Notes under the pieces: model-generated | What the model saw: only the letters and a program-made list of their open reading frames with translations | Database searches by the model: none | Told to the model about the DNA's origin: nothing | Program-made: the position numbers and the translations under genes | Source: Candidatus Zhuqueibacterota bacterium | GTDB taxonomy: Bacteria; Zhuqueibacterota; Zhuqueibacteria; Zhuqueibacterales; Zhuqueibacteraceae | DNA length: 24,153 nt | NCBI GenBank assembly: GCA_013361015.1 | Contig: JABWAN010000001.1 | Location: forward strand, 1 to 24,153 | Reading direction: 5' to 3' | Shown here: positions 1-8,618 of the stretch, in pieces | Layout of the letters: each line of letters begins with the position of its first letter | Numbering within the stretch: position 1 is the first letter of the stretch

Positions 1-72
1 TACGATGAAAATCTTTTCCTGGCCCAACGCGCGCGCAGCGATATGGCGCAACAAAAAAACCTCAAAAAATGA
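1..72 (+). CDS. 3' end of an upstream gene (partial, product unknown)
   Basis: Frame 1 is open from base 1 (YDENLFLAQRARSDMAQQKNLKK) to TGA at 70-72; too short to identify. Confidence 0.5.
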   Translation, partial: YDENLFLAQRARSDMAQQKNLKK

Positions 73-130
73 TTTCTTAACTTGACATAGTGAGTCCGGT
101 TTGTAACGAATGACAATCACTGGAGTGACG

Positions 131-1126
131 ATGGAAAACCTTCATGTTGGCGTTGTCGGCGTGGGCCGTTTGGGCGGCTTGCACGCAAAGCTTTATCGTG
201 AAATCTCGGGGGCGGCCTTTGCGGGCGTTTATGATTCCGATGCGCAGCGCGCGCAAACCGTCGCGCAAGAACACGGCGTCAAAGCCTTCGCTTCTTTCGA
301 AGAATTGCTGGCGGCGTGCGCCGCGGTGAATATCGTTGTGCCTACCAGCTCGCATTTTGAACTGGCGCGACAAGCTTTGCTCGCGAAGCGGCATGTGTTC
401 ATTGAAAAGCCGATCACGACTACGGTCGAAGACGCGCGTGAGCTGATCGCTTTGGCGCAGGCGCAGAGCCGCGTTTTACAGGTGGGACATATCGAGCGCT
501 TTAACGCTGCATTGCGCGCATTACAGAATTTCCCGCTCGCGCCGAAGTTTATCGAGTCGCATCGCATGGCTTCTTTTGATCCACGCGGCACCGACGTGGC
601 CGTCGTACTCGACTTGATGATTCACGACATCGACATCATTTTGAGCTTGGTGAAAAGCCCGCTCACGCGCGTGGACGCCAACGGCGTGGCCGTGGTCTCC
701 CTCGAACCGGATATCGCCAACGCGCGGCTCCAGTTCGCGAACGGCTGCGTGGCAAACGTGACGGCGAGCCGCATTTCACAAAAGAAGATGCGCAAGATGC
801 GCTTGTTTCAGCGCGATGCCTATGTTTCGATTGATTTCCTGCAAGGCCTGAGTGAAGTTTTTCGTTTGGTCACGCCGGAGGAAGCGAGCGGCAGATTTTC
901 GTTTCCGGTGGTGTTGGGAAAGTTGGAGCAAGGCGCTCGTCCCCGCCATATTCTCTATGAAAAATTGGATGCGCCGGAAGGCAATGCTCTGAAAATGGAG
1001 CTGGAGAGTTTCGTTGCGGCCATTCAAAACCATACGCCGCCGCCCGTTACCGGCGAAGACGGATTGCGCGCGTTGGAAGTCGCGACCGCGATTACGGAGA
1101 TTATCAAACGGCAATTGGAAAGCTGA
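131..1126 (+). CDS. Gfo/Idh/MocA family NAD(P)-dependent oxidoreductase (GnnA-like subgroup possible)
   Basis: Rossmann motif VGVVGVGRLG, FIEKP, GHIERFN and DLMIHDID. ATG at 131 follows GGAG and is preferred over the track start at 110. Confidence 0.92.
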   Translation: MENLHVGVVGVGRLGGLHAKLYREISGAAFAGVYDSDAQRAQTVAQEHGVKAFASFEELLAACAAVNIVVPTSSHFELARQALLAKRHVFIEKPITTTVEDARELIALAQAQSRVLQVGHIERFNAALRALQNFPLAPKFIESHRMASFDPRGTDVAVVLDLMIHDIDIILSLVKSPLTRVDANGVAVVSLEPDIANARLQFANGCVANVTASRISQKKMRKMRLFQRDAYVSIDFLQGLSEVFRLVTPEEASGRFSFPVVLGKLEQGARPRHILYEKLDAPEGNALKMELESFVAAIQNHTPPPVTGEDGLRALEVATAITEIIKRQLES

Positions 1127-1139
1127 CTCAAAAAGGTAC

Positions 1140-1523
1140 TCAAGAGTCGCCTTCGCCACCAATCGGAAGCGCTCGGATTCGAATGCGCGTGTGTTCAAAA
1201 ACGACAGCGTTTCCTATGTTTAAGGCTTCTTCAACGGCACGCAAATTTTTTAAGAGTAGGAGCACTTGTTTTTGTGGGAGTCGTTCCGAGCCGCGCTGGA
1301 ACAAGATGAAAGAGGGGTTGCGCTTATGGCGTGAGGCAAGCAATGCCCCAAAGTCGGTATCGCCGGAAATGATGATTCTGCTTTCTTCAGCCGCACGATC
1401 AAAAACAACCTCGTCGTCGGCCTTGCTCATACCATATTCACTCACGTGCACGGCATCCTAGCCCGCTTTTCGCAATTCACCGGCAATAAGTGGAGAAAGC
1501 GCGTTGTCAATGAGGAACTTCAT
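1140..1523 (-). pseudogene. DUF5615 PIN-like toxin interrupted by an in-frame TAG at codon 22
   Basis: ATG at 1523 overlaps the DUF433 stop (ATGA). Reads [58 protein letters not shown]..., with the stop at 1460-1458. The N-terminal MKFLID and the later DxDF motif fit this family. Confidence 0.88.
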
Positions 1524-1750
1524 GCCGCAGCCAAGAGAGGCAACTCACGCTCGCGCACGGCTTCTGCTGCATAGAGCAAGGCTTCACGCAGATCTTCCGA
1601 TTCAAGATCCGGATACGCGTTTAGGATTTCTTCTTCACTCATCCGATCTGCGATCATGCCAACAACCGTCGCGACCGGAATACGCAGTGAGCGAATGCAG
1701 GGCACTCCTCCTATTTGCTTGGGATTGATCGTTATTCGAGTGAACTTCAT
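1520..1750 (-). CDS. DUF433 family antitoxin
   Basis: RITINPKQIGGVPCIRSLRIPVATVVGMIA...EEILNAYPDLESEDLREAL.YAA is the classic DUF433 signature; lies directly upstream of a PIN-like gene. Confidence 0.93.
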   Translation of the reverse strand: MKFTRITINPKQIGGVPCIRSLRIPVATVVGMIADRMSEEEILNAYPDLESEDLREALLYAAEAVRERELPLLAAA

Positions 1751-1850
1751 TTGAAACTCCAGTATGAATCAAGAATTGTGAAACAATGTCTTGTGGGCTC
1801 AAATTAAGAAACCTTCTTTTGTCGGGCAAACACCTTTTGCGCACGCGGTC

Positions 1851-2564
1851 CTAACGGCTCGCCATATTCCAGCATGCTTGAAAAAACTCGTGCGGCGCAT
1901 AGTAATATTTTTCTAACTCGGCTTTCGTGTAGCACTCCAAATTGTAAACTTTGAACAGGCGCATCGGCGTTTTCTTGGTGGGCTGCAAAGGCCGTGGGCG
2001 ATGCTTCATGATTTCGAAATGCACATGATCGAATTGCCAGCCGTACTTGCTTAATTCTTTTTTCGTCATGAAGCGGCCAATGGGAACGAAGGGATCCACC
2101 GTATCGCCAACGACGACGGTCAAGTCCGCAATGTGTTCATACACGGTCCAGAGCGTGTCGTGGTCATGCGTAACGTGCTCGACGATGAGTTGCGCAAACG
2201 GGCCGTCATCGCGCTGGCTAATCACGCGGCCGGCCGCTGCGGGGAAGATCGGCTCGTTTTCATAATTATCCCCGGGCCGCATGAAATCCGTTGCGGTGTG
2301 ATAGTGCGCCGGAATGCCGGGCCGGGCTTTGCGCACCAACCCAAACTCGCCGATCTTCGTCAAGCGCACCTGCTCCCACGATTGGCGATTGGAAACGTTG
2401 ATGGGCAAGTACCAAGCACAGGCGCTTTGCGCGGAAGCGGACGAGATGACTGCTATCCAAAGCGAGCAAAACAGCAGTCGTATCCTCCCAACATCTATGC
2501 AGGCGCGCCTATGCTCGGTCGCGCCTTGCTTGACCACGACTTGCTCATATCGGAGGGCGATCAC
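1851..2564 (-). CDS. M23 family metallopeptidase, probably exported
   Basis: Zn-binding motifs HTATD (HxxxD) and HVHFEI (HxH), plus IFPAAAGRVI and YEHIADLTVVVGDTV. Signal-like stretch RLLFCSLWIAVISSASAQ. The GTG start overlaps the upstream TGA; the exact start is uncertain. Confidence 0.82.
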   Translation of the reverse strand: MIALRYEQVVVKQGATEHRRACIDVGRIRLLFCSLWIAVISSASAQSACAWYLPINVSNRQSWEQVRLTKIGEFGLVRKARPGIPAHYHTATDFMRPGDNYENEPIFPAAAGRVISQRDDGPFAQLIVEHVTHDHDTLWTVYEHIADLTVVVGDTVDPFVPIGRFMTKKELSKYGWQFDHVHFEIMKHRPRPLQPTKKTPMRLFKVYNLECYTKAELEKYYYAPHEFFQACWNMASR

Positions 2565-4141
2565 AAATCATTCCCCGAGTAAGATTGATTGAACGACTTA
2601 TTGCACAGCGGAAAGTCCGGCACGATATTCTTGAGCAGCGCAAAGGACAGCGCCGGCCAGTTGGCGAACGAGGGGTCTTTGACTTTCACGCGAAAGAGCT
2701 TGCCGACATTATCCACCATTACCCAATGTGCAATCGCGCCGCGCCAACCTTCGACCATGCCGAACGCCGGCTCGAACGCCGGCAGCGCACGGAGCGGCGC
2801 GACCAGCGGCCCGCTTGGTAGTTGTGACAACGCCCGCTTGATCAAACTCACCGACTCGTGTATTTCCTCCACGCGCACCATCGTGCGCGCGTAAACGTCT
2901 CCCGACTTGAAAACCGGCACGTTGAATTTCAACGCATGATAGGCATCAAAAGGATGATCGCGGCGCACATCCACGTCGATGCCGGAAGCGCGCGCCACGT
3001 AACCGAGCACACCGTGATCCACTGCGGTTTGCTGACTCAACGTGCCGGCGCCTTCCAAACGATCCATTAGAATCGTGTTGCTCAAGCTAATATCGACGAT
3101 CTCTTTGAAATCCGCGAGAATCGCATCCAGCTCCGCAGCGAGAGGGAGATCACTTGGAAAATCACGTGCAACGCCGCCCGGAACGAGGCCGCCGCGCAGC
3201 AGCCGGTTACCGGTGATGCGCTTGTTCAAACGCAGCAGCCGCTCGCGGAGGCGAAAGCAATGTGAATGCGCCACGGGAAAACCGGTGTCGTTGGCAATCA
3301 TGCCGAAGTCGGCAATGTGATTGTAGAGCCGCTCCATTTCCAAGAGCACGACGCGAAGATATTGCGCACGCATGGGCACTTCGGATGCGCTCAACTTCTC
3401 CAGCGCTTGGCAATAAGCCAAGGAGTGGCCGATCGTGGTATCGCCGGAAATGCGTTCGGCAAGCTCGACGCCCTCTGCAGGCGCGCGGCCTTCAAACAAT
3501 TTCTCCGTGCCCTTGTGCGTGAAGTACAAACGAATCTTCAAATCGATCACGGTTTCGCCGACCACGCTGAAACGAAAATGGCCCGGCTCGATGATGCCCG
3601 CGTGCACCGGGCCGACGGGAATCTCGTACACGCCTTCACCACTCACCGGTAAAAATGGAAAGGGCGTGCCGTCATCTTCAAACTGCGGCGGCTCCGTCGT
3701 GTCTTTACGCAACGGGAAAAAATCTTCCGGCCAGAAGCCGTGACGCACGAGCGGCCGGCGATCGGGACTGCCAGTGGCTTGAATGCCGAACAAATCTTTG
3801 ATCTCGCGCTCAAAACGCGAGGCCGGATAATAGAACGTTGCCATCGAGACGATGGTGGGGTTTTCAGCGGGCAGCTCTTTGGTGGCACATGCAAACCAGT
3901 TTTCGCGGCTATTCGCGAAAATGTATTGCACCTCGAAATGGCCCGTGCCGGCGCGGCGATCCGTGGCGACCATGAGTATCAACTCGGCCTGAAACTCGCT
4001 GCGCAACATGCGCGCGAGCCGTATGGCGTTGCCGCGCGTGACGCGAAAATGCAGCTCATTGCCGCGCACGACGCGGAGATTTTGCACGCGGTCTTTAAAA
4101 TTTTCTGCAAGCTGTTTTTGAAGACGGGAAAAGTCGGGCAT
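2561..4141 (-). CDS. hyfG: HyfG/HycE-like large subunit (NuoC+NuoD-like fusion) lacking NiFe cysteines; EhrL
   Basis: N-terminal NuoC-like domain (FEREIKDLFGI, DRRPL), then GPVHAGIIEPGHFRF, ELERLYNH and KDPSFANW. L1 reads RISGDT and L2 reads NQSYSG. Likely start is MPDFSR at 4141; the track start at 4258 adds 39 aa. Confidence 0.93.
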   Translation of the reverse strand: MPDFSRLQKQLAENFKDRVQNLRVVRGNELHFRVTRGNAIRLARMLRSEFQAELILMVATDRRAGTGHFEVQYIFANSRENWFACATKELPAENPTIVSMATFYYPASRFEREIKDLFGIQATGSPDRRPLVRHGFWPEDFFPLRKDTTEPPQFEDDGTPFPFLPVSGEGVYEIPVGPVHAGIIEPGHFRFSVVGETVIDLKIRLYFTHKGTEKLFEGRAPAEGVELAERISGDTTIGHSLAYCQALEKLSASEVPMRAQYLRVVLLEMERLYNHIADFGMIANDTGFPVAHSHCFRLRERLLRLNKRITGNRLLRGGLVPGGVARDFPSDLPLAAELDAILADFKEIVDISLSNTILMDRLEGAGTLSQQTAVDHGVLGYVARASGIDVDVRRDHPFDAYHALKFNVPVFKSGDVYARTMVRVEEIHESVSLIKRALSQLPSGPLVAPLRALPAFEPAFGMVEGWRGAIAHWVMVDNVGKLFRVKVKDPSFANWPALSFALLKNIVPDFPLCNKSFNQSYSGNDL

Positions 4142-4188
4142 AGTCGTTAGGCGAATTAGAGAATCAAACTCAGGAAAGTTTTTGGGCC

Positions 4189-4249
4189 ACACACGGATCA
4201 GAAATACACACCGAAAAGCTTTGTCTGCGTGCGCTTTTGATCCGTGTGT
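4189..4249. repeat. Perfect 12-bp inverted repeat ACACACGGATCA / TGATCCGTGTGT with a 37-nt loop
   Basis: Arms at 4189-4200 and 4238-4249, in the hyfF-hyfG spacer. Confidence 0.8.
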
Positions 4250-4417
4250 TATCCGCAAGGGTTATGGTTTTCAGCCGTCAAAATCAATCGTAACTACTCA
4301 GGCCCAATTCAAGAGCAAAACGACTTTGCGAAAGGACAAAACCATTGCTGGCAAAGCTATTCAAAGGCTCATTTAATAGTTTTGTCTTTTAAAATGGCCT
4401 GAAAAGTTACAATCAAT

Positions 4418-5872
4418 CTATCTTGCCACGATCGCAACGCTTTGCTCGAGCAGCGTGGCAATCGGCGCAGGCAGCGTGAGGCCAAGCGTCACCAACACCG
4501 CAACAAAAATGAACAACGGCGCAATGCGCCAGCCGCTCACCTCGCCGAGGGCAACGCCCTCCGCCGGCGCGCCATACAACATTTTGTTCAAATGATTGAT
4601 GAAGGAAACAAAAATGATGAGCAGCAACGCGAGCGTGAGTCCCATGAGCCACGGATAATCGGCGGCAAAGCCGGCGCGCAACAGCGCAAACTCACTGATG
4701 AAAATTCCGCCCGGCGGCAAGCCGATAAGCATGAGGAGCGTGGCGGCGAGCAGCCCGCCGGTCCATGGCATGGTTTTGAGCAGGCCGCGCACGTTCGCAA
4801 TGAGCGGCGAGCCGTATTTGCGCTCGACATTGCCAATTAAAAAAAACAGCAGCGATTTGCCTGCAGTATGATTGACCAAGTGCAGCAGCGCGGCAAACGC
4901 GCCGAGCGGTCCGAGCGCGAGGCCGAAACAAATCAAACCGGTGTGCTCGATGCTCGAATAAGCCAGCATGCGTTTGTAGTTGTCGGTCAACACCACGCTG
5001 AATGCGGCGATCACCAGCGAGAGCAGGCCGAGCGCCAACAGCAGATTGTCGGTGAAGTTACTGCTCAACGTTGCATCGACGACCACTTTCCAGCGCACGA
5101 TGGCATACATGGCCGTGGCAAACAGCGCGGAAGACATGAGCGCGGCCAGCGGCGCGGGCGCTTCACCGTAGGCATCCGGTTTCCACGTGTGCATCGGTGC
5201 GATGCCGGCCTTCGTGCCGTAGCCGATGAGAATGAAGACGAATGCGAGGCGCATAACTTCTGGGTGCAGGCGCGGCGCGGTGTCCAGCAGCACGGTCCAA
5301 TTCAGCGCGTGCTCCGCGCGGCCGGAGAGCGTGACGAAGTCGAAGTAGCCGAGCACTGTGCCCGTGAAAGCGAGCGCGATGCCCACCGAGCTGATGAGAA
5401 TGTATTTCCACGAAGCTTCCACTGCGGCTTTGCTGAGGGTGAGCGGAATGATGAACGCCGAGAAAATCGTCGTGGCCTCGACCGCAATCCACATGACGGC
5501 GACGTTGTTCGCGGAAACCGTGAGCAGCATCGCCGCAATGAACAAGTTGAGGCTAATCTGATAGCGGCGCAGCGGCAACGTGGCGGCGGCGTTGCGTTCA
5601 AGCCCCGGCCCGAGCAAGAGTGTGAGCGTAGCAACGCCGGCCACACACACCATGAGCAAGGCCGAGAGACTATCGGCGCGCAGCATTTCGCCCGGCCCGA
5701 AAGTCGGCGCTGCGCTGCCGGCAATCGCCGCGCCGGCAAAGCGCAGCGCGGCGCCGAGCGGGAGGAGCGACAGCAACGCATTCACCCAGCCTACGAACCG
5801 ATGATACGGCCGCACGACGGCGGCGAGCAACGCTGCCACGAGAAATGGAGCGAGCAACAAGATGAAGTTCAT
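4418..5872 (-). CDS. hyfF: HyfF-like proton-conducting antiporter-like membrane subunit (EhrD)
   Basis: WIAVEATT, EASWKY, GYGTKAGIAPMHTWKPDAY, KRMLAYSSIEH and PPGGIFISEF; many TM helices. Likely start is MNFILL at 5872. Confidence 0.92.
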   Translation of the reverse strand: MNFILLLAPFLVAALLAAVVRPYHRFVGWVNALLSLLPLGAALRFAGAAIAGSAAPTFGPGEMLRADSLSALLMVCVAGVATLTLLLGPGLERNAAATLPLRRYQISLNLFIAAMLLTVSANNVAVMWIAVEATTIFSAFIIPLTLSKAAVEASWKYILISSVGIALAFTGTVLGYFDFVTLSGRAEHALNWTVLLDTAPRLHPEVMRLAFVFILIGYGTKAGIAPMHTWKPDAYGEAPAPLAALMSSALFATAMYAIVRWKVVVDATLSSNFTDNLLLALGLLSLVIAAFSVVLTDNYKRMLAYSSIEHTGLICFGLALGPLGAFAALLHLVNHTAGKSLLFFLIGNVERKYGSPLIANVRGLLKTMPWTGGLLAATLLMLIGLPPGGIFISEFALLRAGFAADYPWLMGLTLALLLIIFVSFINHLNKMLYGAPAEGVALGEVSGWRIAPLFIFVAVLVTLGLTLPAPIATLLEQSVAIVAR

Positions 5873-6009
5873 GGCGATTATCCAAAAAATTATTGAAATG
5901 ATCTTTCGTGGCTCAGAGGCTGCCAAAGAAAAGCAAAACGATTTCCGGCAAAACTATTAAAAGCGAAAGAGCAAAACATTAATATCGCGTCTATCTCCCC
6001 GTCTCCCGC

Positions 6010-6669
6010 TCACCCTCTCAGTTGATTCAAACGATCCACGTCCATCGAATCGAAGGTGGTTTTGATTTGGTAGACGATTACTTGCATAACCAAAAAGCCC
6101 ATGAGCACGTCGAGGAAAACGCCCAGTTCGACGATGAGCGGAATGCCGTAGGTGCCCAGCACGGCCAAGAGCGCGATGCCGTTTTCCAGCACGAGAAAGC
6201 CGACAATCTGGGTCAAAGCTTTTTTGCGCGTGATAATGACGAAGAGGCCGACGAAGATCAATCCCACGGCCAGCGGCAAACCGGCGCGTGTGGGCAGAGT
6301 GCTGAGCTGCACCACCGGGCGCGTGACCGCATATGCGAGTAGCACCAGCAGCCCGGCGATGATGAGCGAGGTGGCGACGTTGACATACGGCGCCACTTCG
6401 CGCTCGATGCCGATGCGCGCTTGCAAGCGGTCGAGGTAGCGCGGAATGATGAGCACTTTGAGGCCGAATAGCAAGGCCGCGACGACGTACAGTTCATGAT
6501 CGTTGCCGAAATAGCCGACGATGACGAACAACCCCGCGAGAATCGCAGATTGCCATTTGAAGGCCGCAACATAAGAGTGCAGGCTGCGCCGCCACAGTAG
6601 CGCGATGCCAAAGAACAGCACCACGCTCGCGCCGAGCGTGGAGAGTTGAGAAAAGAGAGCGTCGTTCAT
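6010..6669 (-). CDS. hyfE: HyfE-like membrane subunit (EhrC)
   Basis: 219-aa hydrophobic protein with KVLIIP, RKKALTQIVGFLVLENG, LIVELGVFLD and a C-terminal L..LRG; AGGA RBS before the ATG. Confidence 0.92.
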   Translation of the reverse strand: MNDALFSQLSTLGASVVLFFGIALLWRRSLHSYVAAFKWQSAILAGLFVIVGYFGNDHELYVVAALLFGLKVLIIPRYLDRLQARIGIEREVAPYVNVATSLIIAGLLVLLAYAVTRPVVQLSTLPTRAGLPLAVGLIFVGLFVIITRKKALTQIVGFLVLENGIALLAVLGTYGIPLIVELGVFLDVLMGFLVMQVIVYQIKTTFDSMDVDRLNQLRG

Positions 6670-6692
6670 GTAATTCCTATTTGCAGAGCGTT

Positions 6693-6905
6693 CGCTTGAA
6701 AATCTCAGCGAGGTGGCTGGATGCCATCGCTTTGAAGCCAGCTAGCCCGAAGAGATAAAAGTCAGGTAAACAAGCAAAGATGAAACCTCGGTGGAGCAGC
6801 GACACAACATAAAAAAAACTTTTGGCTCTAGAACTCAATGCCGGTGCGCAAAAGAATTTTGATGATAAGCTCAGATAAGCGACTACTCAATTTGAAAAGC
6901 AAAAC
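6693..6905 (+). repeat. Unclassified ~215-bp dispersed repeat, copy A
   Basis: The first 120 nt match the reverse complement of 10757-10876 at 107/120 positions (manual alignment). The tail GCGACTACTCAATTTGAAAAGCAAAAC matches copy B at 25/27. Confidence 0.9.
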
Positions 6906-6939
6906 TATGGTTGCGCGCTCGTTCCATTCGAAAGAGCAG

Positions 6940-6964
6940 AGCCACGGCCAAGCGGTAGCAGAGC
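6940..6964 (-). repeat. Degenerate REP-like palindrome
   Basis: AGCCACGGCCAAGCGGTAGCAGAGC matches the 22689-22713 element at 20/25 positions. Confidence 0.55.
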
Positions 6965-6971
6965 GGACGCA

Positions 6972-7913
6972 CTATCTCAATAGGAACGACGACGTGACCG
7001 CGAGCAGCGCGAGCACGAACGACAGCCCGAGCAATTCCGGCACGCGGAAGAGGCGCAGCTTGGCGATGCGCGTTTCGAGAAAGGCCACGGTCAACGCGAG
7101 CACAATGAGCTTGCCGATAAGTGCGAGCAGCGCGATGCCGAGTGCGGCGGGCGTCAACTCAGTCGCCACGCCCCACGGTAAAAATAAATTCGCGAGCAGC
7201 GCGAAGAAGACAAAGAGCTTCGTGGCCGCGGCCCACTCGATGAGCGCGAGATAGCGGCCTGAATATTCCAAAATCATGGCTTCGTGAATCATGGTCAGCT
7301 CGAGGTGCGTGGCGGGATTGTCGATGGGCAACCGTCCGGTTTCCGCGAGCATGACGATGAATAGCGCCGCGAACCCGAGCAAGTGGCCGGGGTTGATCAC
7401 TGCGCCGGGATCGGCGAGCGTGTGCATTACGATGCGGCCGAGATTGGTGGAGCCGGCGCCCAACGCGAGGCCGAATATCGAGAGCGCAATCGTGGGTTCG
7501 GCAATGGCGGCCACGGTCATCTCGCGGCTCGCGCCCATGCCGCCGAACGCCGTGCCCGGATCGAGGCCCGCGAGCGCGAGAAAGAACGTGCCCAACAGCA
7601 GCAGATAAACTACCGCGAGCAGATCGCCGATGGCATCAAACGGCAGGTTGGCGGCGATCAAAGGAATCACAAAAGTCACGGCGACGGTGCTGGCGAAGAT
7701 AATGTACGGCGCGAAGCGAAAGAGCCACGAGGCGTTGTTCGAGACGACCACTTCCTTGCCGAACAATTTGCGCAACTCGAAATAGGGCTGCCACGGCGGC
7801 GCGCCACGGCGATTTTGCAGCCGCGCCTTGAGCCAGCGAATGAATCCCACTAGGCCGGGCGCGAGGGCGAGGGCCAGCAATACTTGAGCGAGTTCGAGCA
7901 CATATCCGGTCAT
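6972..7913 (-). CDS. hyfC: HyfC/HycD-like (NuoH-like) membrane subunit (EhrB)
   Basis: ARLQNRRGAP, FGGMGASRE, AETGRLPIDNP, ELTMIHEAMILEYSG and ETRIAKLRLFRVP. Likely start is MTGYVL at 7913. Confidence 0.93.
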   Translation of the reverse strand: MTGYVLELAQVLLALALAPGLVGFIRWLKARLQNRRGAPPWQPYFELRKLFGKEVVVSNNASWLFRFAPYIIFASTVAVTFVIPLIAANLPFDAIGDLLAVVYLLLLGTFFLALAGLDPGTAFGGMGASREMTVAAIAEPTIALSIFGLALGAGSTNLGRIVMHTLADPGAVINPGHLLGFAALFIVMLAETGRLPIDNPATHLELTMIHEAMILEYSGRYLALIEWAAATKLFVFFALLANLFLPWGVATELTPAALGIALLALIGKLIVLALTVAFLETRIAKLRLFRVPELLGLSFVLALLAVTSSFLLR

Positions 7914-8056
7914 ACGAGAGCCTTGGGTTGATGAATCAAAAAACTTTATCAAAATCCGAATGGCGATTCACGAGCGTTGCGCTTTGAGGAAAATCTTGCT
8001 ATTTTTATTCAGTCAAATCCACTATGAAAACTCACAATAGATGAACTGAGAATCCC

Positions 8057-8368
8057 ATGATGCAAACATCCTTTGCCGAGCCGGAGATCGATGCGCTGCT
8101 TCGAACCGGCCTCTATCAAAGCCGCGAGGAGATCATTGCGGATGCCTTTCGCAATCTGTTGCTCAACAACAAAGCTTTGCGGCTGGAGCTTGCGATCGAG
8201 TTGTTTCGAGCCGATGAAGTTTATCTTGGCCGCGCCGCCGAGATTGCCGGCAGCGACCGCTGGGAATTTCGAGAGATTCTGCACGAACGCCATATTCCCA
8301 TCGTTATAGAAGCGGAGCCCGCTGAAGCAATGGATCGAGATCTCGCACGTTTCTTTGGCAAAGAATAA
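8057..8368 (+). CDS. UPF0175 family antitoxin-like protein
   Basis: LAIELFRADEVYLGRAAEIAG.DRWEFREIL.ER.IP is the UPF0175 motif; N-terminal EIDALLRTGLYQSREEII; its stop overlaps the next ATG (TAATG). Confidence 0.88.
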   Translation: MMQTSFAEPEIDALLRTGLYQSREEIIADAFRNLLLNNKALRLELAIELFRADEVYLGRAAEIAGSDRWEFREILHERHIPIVIEAEPAEAMDRDLARFFGKE

Positions 8369-8579
8369 TGATTGTCTCCGATACCAATATCCTCTCAACG
8401 TTCGCTCGGATTCAGCGGTTGGAGTTGCTGTTTGCCGCCGTCGCCGCGGACTCGCTCCATCTCCCGCCTGCAGTGCAAGCGGACACTGTACTAAAGACAA
8501 AGTCCGACAAGTGATGGACGACATCGAAAAAAGCAAGCCGGGTATGGTGATCAAGGGCAAAGATGAAATCCTCCGGTAA
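8368..8579 (+). pseudogene. PIN-domain toxin (DUF3368/COG2405-like) with an apparent internal deletion and frameshift
   Basis: ATG at 8368 reads MIVSDTNILSTFARIQRLELLFAAVAADSLHLPPAVQA (PIN N-terminus) and stops at 8512-8514 (48 aa). Another frame continues GHCTKDKVRQVMDDIEKSKPGMVIKGKDEILR* to 8579, which looks like a C-terminus. Confidence 0.75.
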
Positions 8580-8618
8580 TACCTCCTCCGTCCCCAAGAT
8601 ATTTTGATGACCCCTTTT

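Noticed and set aside
82-110. TTGACA as a -35 box for the oxidoreductase
   Set aside because: No convincing -10 element at 16-18 bp spacing.
1458-1460. Alternative genetic code or pyrrolysine at the TAG
   Set aside because: TAG is the normal stop of hyfF, hyfB1 and the strictosidine-synthase-like gene, and no pyl genes are visible.
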